64,000 nt of DNA from an uncultured PS1 clade bacterium (GTDB lineage Bacteria > Pseudomonadota > Alphaproteobacteria > MED-G09): NCBI GenBank assembly GCA_902537725.1, contig CACBCD010000005.1, positions 279 to 64,278 of the forward strand, in the 5' to 3' direction. A program made the translations under genes and the position numbers. Each line of letters opens with the position of its first letter. The first letter of the stretch is position 1. Under the pieces are notes generated by a model. The model was given only the letters and a program-made list of their open reading frames with translations, made no database searches and was not told where the DNA came from. Positions 51,704 to 62,271 of the stretch are shown here, piece after piece.

Positions 51704-51892
51704 ATGATAAGTACTGAGATACCAAAAATAACAAATGATAAAGGCCAGAAAACAATTAAGATTAAGTTTAAAGAATTTAATTGCTTGGGAGCAAAACCAC
51801 CCCATGACCATCCTCATATTTTTCTTAACTTTGGAAGAAAAAAAGAAATTGTTTGCCCCTACTGCGGAACTTTATATAAATACTCTGGTTAA
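51704..51892 (+). CDS. zf-CHCC (NDUFS6-like) zinc-finger domain protein
   Basis: C-x-HP-x-IFL ... CPYCG pattern. Confidence 0.55.
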   Translation: MISTEIPKITNDKGQKTIKIKFKEFNCLGAKPPHDHPHIFLNFGRKKEIVCPYCGTLYKYSG

Positions 51893-51893
51893 A

Positions 51894-51982
51894 CTGGTGC
51901 GGCCACCCGGAGTCGAACCGGGACGGCATTATCTGCCGAGGGATTTTAAGTCCCTTGTGTCTACCTGTTCCACCATGGCCGC
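51894..51982 (-). tRNA. tRNA-Leu (anticodon UAA)
   Basis: Reverse complement gives GCGGCCA...anticodon loop CTTAAAA...long variable arm...TTCGACT T-loop...TGGCCGCACCA. Confidence 0.85.
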
Positions 51983-51989
51983 ATAAATA

Positions 51990-53309
51990 TCACTCCAAGA
52001 CTCTCTGAAAAATTTCTTCAATGTGCTTCAAGTGATAATTCAAATCAAAGATATCGTCAATTTCATCATTAGATAATATTGAACAAATTTCTTCATCTTT
52101 CTTTATTAATTCATAAAACGATCCTTCATCATTCCAAACTTTCATGGAATTTCTTTGAACCATTAAATAAGAGTCCTCCCTACTTATATTTTTTTGAGTA
52201 AGAGAGAGTAAAACTCTTTGAGAAAAAACAAGACCATTAAATTTTTCAAGATTTTTCATCATATTGTCTGGATATACAACCATATTTTCTATAACATTAT
52301 TTAGACGGTTTAATGCAAAATCTAGTGTAATAGTGGTGTCTGGACCAATAAATCTTTCAACACTAGAATGTGAAATATCTCTCTCATGCCATAAAGCAAT
52401 ATTCTCAAGCGCTGGCATAACTGAACTTCTCACAACCCTCGCAAGGCCTGTTAAATTTTCTGTTAAAACAGGATTGCGTTTATGCGGCATTGATGAAGAT
52501 CCCTTTTGTTTTGAAGAAAAATATTCTTCTACTTCTAAAACTTCTGAACGCTGAAGATGCCTAATTTCGGTAGCAAGCCTCTCAATTGAGCTAGCAATAA
52601 TTCCCATAGTTGAGAAGAAAGCTGCATGTCTATCTCTAGGAATTATTTGAGTAGATACAGGTTCAACATTTAATCCTAGAGCTTTTGCTACATGTTCCTC
52701 GACACTTGGATCAATATTTGCAAATGTACCCACAGATCCTGAAATAGCACAAGAGCTTATTTCCTCAACAGACAACTCAAGTCTTTTTCTGTTTCTAGAG
52801 AATTCAGCATAAGCTTGTAACATTTTTAATCCAAATGTTGTTGGTTCTGCGTGAATTCCATGACTTCTTCCTACACAAATTGTTTTCTTATGTTTTAAAG
52901 CTTGAGATTTTATAGAAGATAATAATAAATCCATATCTTTTAAAAGAAGCTCTCCGGCTCTTTTTAATTGAATGTTAAGACAAGTATCTAAAACATCTGA
53001 AGATGTCATTCCTTGGTGAATAAACCTTGCCTCAGGCCCAACAGATTCTGATATATTTGTTAAAAATGCTAAAATATCATGTTTAATCTCAGCTTCAATT
53101 TCATCAATTCTTCTAGAGTCAAACTTTGCATTTTTTCTAACTATTTCAGCAGTACCAACTGGAATAATACCAACTTTTTCCATACCCTCAAGAGCATGAA
53201 TTTCAATATCTAACCAAATTGAGTATTTAGAAATATCACTCCATATTTCTAACATTTCTTTTCTTGAATATCTTGGAACCATTTTTAACCTTTTAACTAT
53301 TTTAACCAA
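51990..53309 (-). CDS. purB: Adenylosuccinate lyase
   Basis: Fumarate-lyase signature SSSMPHKRNP. Confidence 0.85.
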   Translation of the reverse strand: MVKIVKRLKMVPRYSRKEMLEIWSDISKYSIWLDIEIHALEGMEKVGIIPVGTAEIVRKNAKFDSRRIDEIEAEIKHDILAFLTNISESVGPEARFIHQGMTSSDVLDTCLNIQLKRAGELLLKDMDLLLSSIKSQALKHKKTICVGRSHGIHAEPTTFGLKMLQAYAEFSRNRKRLELSVEEISSCAISGSVGTFANIDPSVEEHVAKALGLNVEPVSTQIIPRDRHAAFFSTMGIIASSIERLATEIRHLQRSEVLEVEEYFSSKQKGSSSMPHKRNPVLTENLTGLARVVRSSVMPALENIALWHERDISHSSVERFIGPDTTITLDFALNRLNNVIENMVVYPDNMMKNLEKFNGLVFSQRVLLSLTQKNISREDSYLMVQRNSMKVWNDEGSFYELIKKDEEICSILSNDEIDDIFDLNYHLKHIEEIFQRVLE

Positions 53310-53325
53310 ATAATCAATTATGGAA

Positions 53326-54066
53326 TTAATTTTCTATTGGATTAGCCCTTTTATTTAGAGATCTCGTGAAAATTTCAACTCCATCAGATGTAACACCTAT
53401 AGAATGCTCAAATTGTGCTGATAAACTTCTATCTCTTGTAACAGCAGTCCAACCATCAGATAAAATTTTACTTTCAGGTTTTCCAATATTAACCATTGGC
53501 TCTACAGTAAAAAACATACCTTCCTGAAGAGATAGTCCAGTATCCTCAACTCCATAATGCAAAATATTTGGTTCATCATGAAAAACTTTGCCTAAGCCAT
53601 GCCCACAAAACTCTTTAACAACAGAATAATTATTAGTTTCGGCATGATTCTGAATAACAAAACCTAAGTCACCTAATTTTACCCCTGGTTTGATAAGATT
53701 AATTCCCTTCATCATAGCTTCATAGGTATTATTTATTAAATTTCGAGCTTTAACAGATGGATTCCCTGCAGAGTACATTCTTGATGTATCACCATGCCAC
53801 CCATCAAGTATAAGCGTCACATCAATATTAACTATATCACCTTCATCTAAAACTCTATCGCCTGGTATACCGTGACATATAACGTGGTTTATAGATGTAC
53901 ATATTGATTTTTTAAAACCCCTGTAATTTAAGGGCGCTGGAATTGCTCCATTATCTTTTATAAATTCATAAGCAAAGCAATCTAAAGATTCTGTTGTTAT
54001 TCCAGGCTTTACTTCATCAACAAATAAATCCAATAATTGTGCAGCAAGTTTTCCAACTTTTCTCAT
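53326..54066 (-). CDS. map: Methionine aminopeptidase type I
   Basis: Pita-bread fold metal ligands; 246 aa. Confidence 0.85.
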   Translation of the reverse strand: MRKVGKLAAQLLDLFVDEVKPGITTESLDCFAYEFIKDNGAIPAPLNYRGFKKSICTSINHVICHGIPGDRVLDEGDIVNIDVTLILDGWHGDTSRMYSAGNPSVKARNLINNTYEAMMKGINLIKPGVKLGDLGFVIQNHAETNNYSVVKEFCGHGLGKVFHDEPNILHYGVEDTGLSLQEGMFFTVEPMVNIGKPESKILSDGWTAVTRDRSLSAQFEHSIGVTSDGVEIFTRSLNKRANPIEN

Positions 54067-54218
54067 TCCGCAGAATGCCTCTTCATTATGAATTTTTATA
54101 GAATTTGTGTTAATTTTAGTTTCCCCATCTTTTCATATTATATTTATATATTATAAAATTTTATACAGCTAGTCTATGAAGCTATTGTTGTAATTAACCT
54201 ATACTGATATAAAATTAT

Positions 54219-54971
54219 ATGATTAAAAAAGAAAAATATTCTGCTGCTATACTTGTTATTGGAGATGAAATTTTATCCGGAAGAACCCAAGATACAAACT
54301 CTAATTATATAGCCAAAGAGTTGGAAATGATGGGAATAACTACCAGTGAAATAAGAGTAATCCCAGATGAAAAAAATATAATTATTAAAAGTGTAAATGA
54401 ACTAAGGAATAAAAATAATTATTTGTTTACAACCGGTGGAATAGGTCCAACGCATGACGATATTACCGCAGATAGTGTTGCTGAAGCTTTTGGAGTTGAT
54501 TTAGAGGTAAATTCAAAAGCTTATGATATTTTAAAAAAATATTATAAAGCAATTGGATCAGAATTTAACGAAGTACGTCAAAGAATGGCAAGAATACCTA
54601 AAGGTGCAACATTAATAGAAAACTCAATTTCTGCTGCGCCAGGCTTTAAAATAAGTAATGTTTTTGTGTTTGCAGGTATTCCAAAAATTATGAAATCTAT
54701 GATGGATAATTCTTTAAGTTTTTTGAATAAAGGTAATCTAATTCATACTATAACAGTAAAAGTTGATGCCGTTGAAGGCGATATTGCTCCTGTATTAAAA
54801 TCTCTAAATGATGAAAACGAAAATATAAAAATTGGAAGCTATCCTTTTTTTAACTCAGATAAGGATTTTGGTGTAAACGTAGTCATAAGGTCACTTGATA
54901 AAGAATATCTAGCTCTAACTGAAGAGAAGTTCAAAAATTATTTATCAAAAAATTCATTTAATTACAATTAG
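54219..54971 (+). CDS. CinA-like molybdopterin-binding (MoCF_BD) domain protein
   Basis: ILVIGDEILSGRTQDTN...TTGGIGPTHDD. Confidence 0.7.
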   Translation: MIKKEKYSAAILVIGDEILSGRTQDTNSNYIAKELEMMGITTSEIRVIPDEKNIIIKSVNELRNKNNYLFTTGGIGPTHDDITADSVAEAFGVDLEVNSKAYDILKKYYKAIGSEFNEVRQRMARIPKGATLIENSISAAPGFKISNVFVFAGIPKIMKSMMDNSLSFLNKGNLIHTITVKVDAVEGDIAPVLKSLNDENENIKIGSYPFFNSDKDFGVNVVIRSLDKEYLALTEEKFKNYLSKNSFNYN

Positions 54972-54984
54972 TTAGAAAATAGTA

Positions 54985-55713
54985 ATGTCAAAAAAAATTT
55001 TATATGAAGGTAAGGCAAAGCAACTGTATGAAACAGAGAAGCCTTCAGAATTGATTCAATTCTTTAAGGATGATGCAACTGCCTTTAATAAAAAGAAACA
55101 CGAGATAATAGATAGAAAAGGTGTCTTAAATAATCTTATCAGTGAATATATTTTTATTTATCTTGGTCAGAATAATATTTCTAATCATTTCATAAAAAGA
55201 CTAAGTCCAAGAGAGCAACTAATTAAACGAGTAGAAATAATTCCAATTGAAGTAGTTATAAGAAATATTGCTGCAGGTACTTTTTCACAAAGATTTGGAA
55301 TTGATGAAGGAAAACACCTCCCAAAGACTTTGATAGAGTTTAATTTAAAAGATGATGATAATGATGATCCTCTTGTTTCCGAGGAACATTTGAAAGTTTT
55401 TGGATGGGCTAAGTCAGATGAGATCGAAATAATGAAAAAAAAAGCTCTCCAAATAAATATACTCCTCTCTGATCTTTTTAAAAAAATAAATATTACTCTT
55501 GTTGATTTTAAAATTGAATTTGGAAGATTTCACTCTAAGGATATTTCTGAAATTATACTTGCCGATGAAATAAGTCCGGATTCTTGTCGTCTTTGGGATA
55601 TGAACTCAAATGAAAAATTAGATAAAGATAGATTTAGAAGAAATATTGGTGGATTAATTGAGGCTTACAAAGAAGTAGCGACTCGTTTAAAAATAGATCT
55701 CTCAGATATATAA
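54985..55713 (+). CDS. purC: Phosphoribosylaminoimidazole-succinocarboxamide synthase
   Basis: SAICAR synthetase family; 242 aa. Confidence 0.8.
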   Translation: MSKKILYEGKAKQLYETEKPSELIQFFKDDATAFNKKKHEIIDRKGVLNNLISEYIFIYLGQNNISNHFIKRLSPREQLIKRVEIIPIEVVIRNIAAGTFSQRFGIDEGKHLPKTLIEFNLKDDDNDDPLVSEEHLKVFGWAKSDEIEIMKKKALQINILLSDLFKKINITLVDFKIEFGRFHSKDISEIILADEISPDSCRLWDMNSNEKLDKDRFRRNIGGLIEAYKEVATRLKIDLSDI

Positions 55714-55732
55714 ATAATTATTAAGAGATTTT

Positions 55733-55981
55733 ATGAAAGCACTTGTAAAAATAATGCCGAAAAAAGGTGTACTGGATCCTCAAGGAAAAGCAATAGAAAA
55801 ATCATTAAACCAATTAGGATTTTCTCAAATAAATAGTGTTATTCAAGGAAAACTAATCGAAATTGAAATAGATTCTATTAATGAAAACGATGCGCAAAAA
55901 ATTGTGGAAGATGCAAGCAAACAACTATTGGCTAACTTAGTAATTGAAGACTATGAAATTACTATTACAAAGGACGAATAA
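55733..55981 (+). CDS. purS: FGAM synthase PurS subunit
   Basis: 82 aa; sits between purC and purQ. Confidence 0.8.
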   Translation: MKALVKIMPKKGVLDPQGKAIEKSLNQLGFSQINSVIQGKLIEIEIDSINENDAQKIVEDASKQLLANLVIEDYEITITKDE

Positions 55982-56670
55982 TGGAAATATCAGTAATTGT
56001 TTTTCCTGGCTCTAATTGCGATAGAGATGTTGCTGTTTCTCTTAAACAAGTCTTCAAACGTAACCCCAAAATGGTATGGCATAAGGAACAAACCTTACCA
56101 AAAAGCGATTTAATTGTTTTGCCGGGAGGTTTCTCATATGGTGATTATTTAAGATGTGGATCAATGGCTGCTAATAGCCCAATAATGTCTGAAATAATTA
56201 AATGTGGTAAAAGCGGAACATTTATAATTGGTATCTGCAATGGTTTTCAAATTTTAACGGAGACAAATTTATTACCTGGCACTCTAATCAGGAATAAAGA
56301 CTTATCATTTATTTGTAAGAATTTACCATTGAAGGTAGAAAACTCTAAATCAAGATTTACACATAAATACTCAGCTAATGAAATAATTGAGATCCCAGTT
56401 GCACATAATGAAGGTAATTATTTCGCAGATCAAAAGACTATAAATAATATTGAAGATAAAGATCTTGTTGCCTTTAGATATTGTAACAAAGATGGAATTG
56501 TAAATGATGAAACAAATCCTAATGGTTCAAAAAACAACATTGCAGGAATAATAAATGAACAAGGTAATATTCTTGGGATGATGCCCCATCCTGAGAGAGC
56601 TTCAGATAAAGTAGCTGGTTTAATTGATGGAGAAAAATTCTTCATTTCAATCTTAGAGTCAATTCAATGA
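55981..56670 (+). CDS. purQ: FGAM synthase glutaminase subunit
   Basis: Class I GATase with Cys in GICNGFQ. Confidence 0.85.
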   Translation: MEISVIVFPGSNCDRDVAVSLKQVFKRNPKMVWHKEQTLPKSDLIVLPGGFSYGDYLRCGSMAANSPIMSEIIKCGKSGTFIIGICNGFQILTETNLLPGTLIRNKDLSFICKNLPLKVENSKSRFTHKYSANEIIEIPVAHNEGNYFADQKTINNIEDKDLVAFRYCNKDGIVNDETNPNGSKNNIAGIINEQGNILGMMPHPERASDKVAGLIDGEKFFISILESIQ

Positions 56671-58859
56671 TCAAAATAACAAAAGAGCTTATAGATGAAC
56701 ACGGTATAAATGATAAAGAGTATAGTTTCATTCTCGAGTCCCTTGATAGAGAGCCAACTATTACGGAACTAGGAATTTTCTCTGCGATGTGGTCGGAACA
56801 TTGTTCATATAAATCTTCGAAAATATGGTTAAAAAAATTACCTACAAGTAACGATAAGGTTATTCAAGGGCCAGGTGAGAATGCAGGTGTCATAGATTTA
56901 GGTGATGGTGATGCAGCTGTTTTTAAAATGGAAAGTCATAACCATCCATCTTATATAGAACCCTATCAAGGGGCCGCAACTGGAGTTGGTGGAATTATGC
57001 GCGACGTCTTTACAATGGGTGCAAGACCAGTTGCTCTTCTTAATTCACTAAGGTTTGGTGATATCAATCACTCAAAAACAAAACATCTACTTACTGGGGT
57101 TGTCTCAGGTATCGGTGGTTATGGTAATTGCATGGGTGTCCCAACTGTAGGAGGAGAAGTTGAGTTTAATGCATGCTATAATGATAATATCTTAGTCAAC
57201 GCCATGTGTGTAGGAATTGCTAAAATTAACAAAATTTTTTATTCTAAAGCATCCGGAATTGGAAATTCGGTTGTTTATGTAGGGTCTAAAACTGGAAGAG
57301 ATGGAATTCACGGTGCAACAATGGCATCTGCTGAGTTCGATGACTCCTCTGATGAAAAAAGACCAACAGTTCAAGTTGGTGATCCTTTTGCTGAAAAACT
57401 TCTCCTTGAGGCATGCTTAGAATTAATGAAAGAAGATATTATTATTGCGATCCAAGATATGGGTGCCGCAGGATTAACATCATCTGCAGTTGAAATGGCT
57501 AGCAAGGGAAAGGTTGGTATTGATTTAAATTTAGATAAACTTCCTTGTAGAGAGACTTTAATGACTGCGTATGAAATGATGCTTTCAGAGAGTCAGGAAA
57601 GAATGCTCATGATTATCGAACCAGAAAAAGAAAAAGAAGCAAAATCTGTTTTTGATAAATGGGGCTTAGACTTTGCAACTATTGGGGTATTAACAGATAC
57701 TAATCATATTGTAGTGAAACATGAAAGTGAAAAAAAGGCTGATATACCTCTTAATATTTTAGAAAGTGGAGCTCCCTCTTATAAAAGACCTTATAAAATT
57801 GTTACTAATCCTGAAGTAAATCAATCTTACCTGTTAAAATCAGATAAAAAATTAATTGATATATTAAAGAAATTAATATCCTCGCCAAACTTATGTAGTA
57901 GAAGGTGGGTCTGGGAACAATATGATCACATGGTTATGAATGATACTATTCTAAGGCCAGGGGGTGACTCGGCAATTATAAGAATTCACGGAACAAATAA
58001 AGCACTTGCTGTTTGCTCTGACTCTACCCCGAGGTATTGTGCATCAGACCCAACAGAGGGAGGAAAACAAGCAGTTGCTGAATCGTGGAGAAATATAACA
58101 TCCGTAGGAGCAAAACCAATTGCAATTACTGACTGTATGAATTTTGGTAACCCTGAAAAAGAAGAAATAATGGGTCAATTTGCTGGTGTAATTAATGGAA
58201 TGATTGAGGCTTGTGAGATACTCGATTATCCTGTTGTTTCAGGAAATGTATCTTTATATAATGAAACAAATGGAAAAGGAATTAATCCCACTCCAGTAAT
58301 TGGAGGTGTTGGATTATTAGAAAGTCTTGATCATTTTTCTACACCAAATTTTAAAAGAACAAATGATAATATTATTATATTAGGTGATACAAAAGGGTAT
58401 TTGTGTCAGTCAGTCTTTGCCTATGAAATTTTTTCGGATAGTCAGGGTCTACCACCAAAAGTAGATCTTATTTTAGAGAAAAAAACTGGAGACCTAGTAA
58501 GAAATTTAGTTACAAATGTTAAAATTGATACTGTACATGATATTTCTGATGGAGGGCTTCTTATTGCGCTGACAGAAATGTCAATATCAGGAGAAATTGG
58601 TTTTCAATTAAATATAGACAAAAGTAACCTTAATTACAGCTTTCTTTTTGGAGAAGATCAAGGAAGATATATTATTTCAGTTGAAGATAAAAATTTAAAT
58701 GATGCTATTGAATATATTAAAAAAAGTAACATATCTTATTTAAATATTGGAAAAACAAACGGAAAAAAAATTAAAATTGATAGAGACAATGAAATAGATA
58801 TTGAGGAATTAAGAGATCTCTATGAGAATTGGTTTAAAAACTACCTAAAGAGTAATTAA
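56667..58859 (+). CDS. purL: FGAM synthase II
   Basis: AIR-synthase-related domains; 730 aa. Confidence 0.9.
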   Translation: MIKITKELIDEHGINDKEYSFILESLDREPTITELGIFSAMWSEHCSYKSSKIWLKKLPTSNDKVIQGPGENAGVIDLGDGDAAVFKMESHNHPSYIEPYQGAATGVGGIMRDVFTMGARPVALLNSLRFGDINHSKTKHLLTGVVSGIGGYGNCMGVPTVGGEVEFNACYNDNILVNAMCVGIAKINKIFYSKASGIGNSVVYVGSKTGRDGIHGATMASAEFDDSSDEKRPTVQVGDPFAEKLLLEACLELMKEDIIIAIQDMGAAGLTSSAVEMASKGKVGIDLNLDKLPCRETLMTAYEMMLSESQERMLMIIEPEKEKEAKSVFDKWGLDFATIGVLTDTNHIVVKHESEKKADIPLNILESGAPSYKRPYKIVTNPEVNQSYLLKSDKKLIDILKKLISSPNLCSRRWVWEQYDHMVMNDTILRPGGDSAIIRIHGTNKALAVCSDSTPRYCASDPTEGGKQAVAESWRNITSVGAKPIAITDCMNFGNPEKEEIMGQFAGVINGMIEACEILDYPVVSGNVSLYNETNGKGINPTPVIGGVGLLESLDHFSTPNFKRTNDNIIILGDTKGYLCQSVFAYEIFSDSQGLPPKVDLILEKKTGDLVRNLVTNVKIDTVHDISDGGLLIALTEMSISGEIGFQLNIDKSNLNYSFLFGEDQGRYIISVEDKNLNDAIEYIKKSNISYLNIGKTNGKKIKIDRDNEIDIEELRDLYENWFKNYLKSN

Positions 58860-58860
58860 A

Positions 58861-59097
58861 ATGGGCATGACAAAAGATGAATTATTTGAGGTTTTAGATA
58901 ATGGTCTCTCTGAGTCAGTAATTGAAATTCAAGATTTGGCTGGAGATAACGATCATTATGCAGTAAAAATTATATCAAATAAATTTAAAGGATTAAGTAA
59001 AATTAATCAGCATAAGCTAGTTTATGATGTATTAGGAAAAAAGATGGGCTATACCCTTCATGCTCTATCAATAAAAACAGAGGTACCAAAGGAATAA
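58861..59097 (+). CDS. BolA family protein
   Basis: BolA fold; 78 aa. Confidence 0.7.
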   Translation: MGMTKDELFEVLDNGLSESVIEIQDLAGDNDHYAVKIISNKFKGLSKINQHKLVYDVLGKKMGYTLHALSIKTEVPKE

Positions 59098-59100
59098 CTA

Positions 59101-59427
59101 ATGGATAAAAGAATCAAAGAATCAATTGAGCAAGAAATTAACTCTAACGATGTTCATTTGTTTATGAAGGGAACACCTTTATTTCCACAATGTGGTTTCT
59201 CAAGTACAGTTGTTCAAATTTTAACCTATTTAGAGGTACCTTTTACGACTACAAATGTTCTTGATGATGAAGGTATAAGGGAAGGAATAAAAGAGTTTTC
59301 TAATTGGCCAACAATCCCTCAACTTTATGTTAAAGGCGAATTAATGGGAGGATGTGATATTATTAAAGAAATGTTTGAGAATGGTGAACTTAAAGAAATT
59401 TTAGAAAACGAAAATTTGTTAAGTTGA
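59101..59427 (+). CDS. grxD: Monothiol glutaredoxin (Grx4 family, CGFS)
   Basis: CGFS active site. Confidence 0.85.
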   Translation: MDKRIKESIEQEINSNDVHLFMKGTPLFPQCGFSSTVVQILTYLEVPFTTTNVLDDEGIREGIKEFSNWPTIPQLYVKGELMGGCDIIKEMFENGELKEILENENLLS

Positions 59428-59431
59428 AAAT

Positions 59432-60052
59432 TTAGTTTCTTGAATAAAACTCAACTACAAGATTTGGCTCCATTTGAACAGGATAAGGTACCTCAGAAAG
59501 ATTTGGTATTCTGGTAATCTTTGCTGTCATTTTTTTACCATCAACCTCTATATAGTCAGGTATATCTCTTTCAGAGCTTTCAGTTCCTCTTAAAACAACC
59601 TCCAAACCTCTCGACTTGTCTTTAATTTCAATTATGTCAGTTGTCTTAACTCTATAAGATGGGATATTAACTCTTCTTCCATTTACTTTCACATGACCAT
59701 GATTAATAAACTGTCTAGCAGAAAAAACAGTAGGAACAAATTTAGCTCTGTAAACAATTGCATCTAAACGTCTTTCAAGAAGCCCAATTAAATTTTCTGA
59801 TGTATCACCTTTAATTCTCTCAGCTTCTTTAAAAATTCTTTTAAACTGTTTTTCAGTGATATTACCGTAATAACCTTTAAGCTTTTGTTTAGCTCTCATT
59901 TGAAGTCCAAAATCTGAAAGCTTACCTTTTCTGCCTTGACCATGTTGTCCAGGACCATAAGATCTTAGATTTATAGGGCTTTTTGGACGTCCCCAAATAT
60001 TCTCCCCCATACGTCTATCAATTTTATACTTAGCTTGTATTCTTTTAGTCAT
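59432..60052 (-). CDS. rpsD: 30S ribosomal protein S4
   Basis: S4 N-terminal and S4 RNA-binding domains. Confidence 0.9.
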   Translation of the reverse strand: MTKRIQAKYKIDRRMGENIWGRPKSPINLRSYGPGQHGQGRKGKLSDFGLQMRAKQKLKGYYGNITEKQFKRIFKEAERIKGDTSENLIGLLERRLDAIVYRAKFVPTVFSARQFINHGHVKVNGRRVNIPSYRVKTTDIIEIKDKSRGLEVVLRGTESSERDIPDYIEVDGKKMTAKITRIPNLSEVPYPVQMEPNLVVEFYSRN

Positions 60053-60126
60053 TAATACCTCAAATTTTTAAAAGAAAATTAAATTTTTTTTTAAACGGGA
60101 TTTAGTAAAGATAATATAACATTAAG

Positions 60127-60948
60127 TCAATGTTCTTTATTATGTTTATTTAAACTTCCATCAGCAATTTTTTTAATTTTTTTGGTTTTTTCTTCATCTT
60201 TCTCATAACTTGGCCATCTTAATAACGCAGTAATAATACCTCTCAAGGTTTTTACCTCTTGGTCTGTAAGATTTGAACGATTGAAGATATTTTTTATATT
60301 CATCATCATTGTAGGTTTTTTTTCTTTGGGTTTTAAAAAACCAGTCTCGTCTAATGCCCTCTCCAAATGATTAAAGAAAGATATTAAATCTCTTTTATTA
60401 GCCGGAAAGCTATCAGGTATTACCATTTCCTCTTTAAAATAACTCACTTCCATACGATTTAATTCCGAAACAATTAAAATAACTGCTTGAGCAAGATTCA
60501 AGGAGGAAAAATCTTTGTTGGTGGGAATTTCAATAATTTCGTCAGTCAAAGAAATTTGATGGTTAGTTAAACCTGATTTCTCTCTACCAAAAATAAATGC
60601 TATTTTTTGATGCATTTTTAGTTTTTTAAATGTTTTTTCGGCCATTTTTTCTAACCCATTGACTTGCTTAACCATATCCCTTGGTCGAATTGTTGTTGAA
60701 AAAGCAAAATTAAAATCAGAAAGCGCTTCCTCAAGATTTTTAAAGATCTTTGCTCTATCAATAACTTTAATTGCCCCAGCAGCAGCTTTTATAGAATAGT
60801 CATTTGGCCAATCATCTCTTGGGTTAACTAAAATAAGGTTTTCAAACCCAAAATTAAGCATCGCCCTAGCAGTGGTACCAATATTTTCTCCTAGTTGCGG
60901 TTCTACAAGAATTATTGCTATATTACTTTTTAAAATATTTTTTTCCAT
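60127..60948 (-). CDS. TrmH-family RNA 2'-O-methyltransferase (TrmJ/LasT-like)
   Basis: SpoU methylase N-terminal fold; 273 aa. Confidence 0.65.
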   Translation of the reverse strand: MEKNILKSNIAIILVEPQLGENIGTTARAMLNFGFENLILVNPRDDWPNDYSIKAAAGAIKVIDRAKIFKNLEEALSDFNFAFSTTIRPRDMVKQVNGLEKMAEKTFKKLKMHQKIAFIFGREKSGLTNHQISLTDEIIEIPTNKDFSSLNLAQAVILIVSELNRMEVSYFKEEMVIPDSFPANKRDLISFFNHLERALDETGFLKPKEKKPTMMMNIKNIFNRSNLTDQEVKTLRGIITALLRWPSYEKDEEKTKKIKKIADGSLNKHNKEH

Positions 60949-61048
60949 TATCTAATTTTTATATTATTATTTTGTTAATGATGTTGAAATAACAAATCTA
61001 TGTGTTATTGAGTAACATTATTTAAATATTTATCTAGTGGAAATGTGA

Positions 61049-62269
61049 ATGTCTAAAATAAAAGTAGAAAATCCCGTAGTTGATTTAGACGGCGATGAAA
61101 TGACAAGAATTATATGGAAACTAATAAAAGAAAAATTAATTCTTCCATATTTAGACATAGATATTCAATATTATGATTTAGGCATACAAAGTCGTGATGA
61201 AACAGATGATCAAATCACAATAGATTCTGCTGAGGCAATAAAAAGATGCGGTGTTGGAATCAAGTGTGCAACAATTACTCCTGATGAAGATAGGGTTGAA
61301 GAATTTAATTTAAAAAAAATGTGGAAGTCTCCTAATGGTACCATAAGAAATATATTGGATGGTACAGTATTTAGAGAACCAATTCTCTGTCAGAATATTC
61401 CTCGATTGGTTCCAGGGTGGACCCAGCCAATTGTAGTCGGCCGGCATGCATTTGGTGATCAGTATAGAGCTACAGATTTTGTTGTTCCTTCTAAAGGAAG
61501 GCTCTCTATAAAATGGGAGTCTGAAGATGGAAAGCAATTAATTGAAGAGGATGTATATAATTTTCCAGGTGGTGGTATTGCTCTAGGAATGTATAACACA
61601 GATGAATCTATTAAGAATTTTGCTAGAGCCTGTATGAATTACGGTCTTATTAGAGAGTGGCCAGTATATTTATCAACAAAAAATACAATTTTGAAAGCAT
61701 ATGATGGACGTTTTAAAGATTTGTTTCAAAAAATCTTCGAGGAAGAATATGAAGATCAATTTAAAGAAAAAAATATAACTTATGAGCATAGATTAATTGA
61801 TGACATGGTAGCATGCGCTCTAAAATGGTCAGGTGCGTTTGTATGGGCTACAAAAAATTATGACGGAGATGTTCAATCAGATACAGTTGCACAAGGATTT
61901 GGTTCATTAGGATTAATGACAAGTGTATTAATGACTCCCGATGGTAAAACTGTTGAGGCAGAAGCTGCTCATGGAACGGTCACTCGCCATTATCGCTTAC
62001 ATCAAGAAGGTAAAGAAACTTCAACTAACTCTATTGCTTCAATTTTTGCATGGACACGGGGTTTACAGCACAGAGCAAAGTTAGATGACAATGCAAAATT
62101 AAAAGAATTTGCATTAAAATTAGAAAAAGTTTGTATTAAGACTGTTGAAAAAGGATCGATGACAAAAGATCTTGCTTTGTTAGTTGGTCCTCAACAGGAT
62201 TGGCTTACAACAGAGCAATTTTTAGATAAAGTTGATAGCAACTTACAAGACGAGATGGAAAAAAATTAA
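61049..62269 (+). CDS. icd: NADP-dependent isocitrate dehydrogenase (homodimeric, eukaryote-like type)
   Basis: 406 aa; IDH1/2-like sequence throughout. Confidence 0.85.
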   Translation: MSKIKVENPVVDLDGDEMTRIIWKLIKEKLILPYLDIDIQYYDLGIQSRDETDDQITIDSAEAIKRCGVGIKCATITPDEDRVEEFNLKKMWKSPNGTIRNILDGTVFREPILCQNIPRLVPGWTQPIVVGRHAFGDQYRATDFVVPSKGRLSIKWESEDGKQLIEEDVYNFPGGGIALGMYNTDESIKNFARACMNYGLIREWPVYLSTKNTILKAYDGRFKDLFQKIFEEEYEDQFKEKNITYEHRLIDDMVACALKWSGAFVWATKNYDGDVQSDTVAQGFGSLGLMTSVLMTPDGKTVEAEAAHGTVTRHYRLHQEGKETSTNSIASIFAWTRGLQHRAKLDDNAKLKEFALKLEKVCIKTVEKGSMTKDLALLVGPQQDWLTTEQFLDKVDSNLQDEMEKN

Positions 62270-62271
62270 TT

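Noticed and set aside
51735-51986. 83-aa plus-strand ORF
   Set aside because: It lies entirely on top of the minus-strand tRNA-Leu(UAA), so it is a spurious translation of the tRNA's reverse complement.
57192-57374. 60-aa antisense ORF within purL, together with similar antisense ORFs in purQ, glpK, thrS, the P450 and alaS
   Set aside because: They are antisense to highly conserved housekeeping CDSs. Chance ORFs of this kind are typical in AT-poor codon positions.
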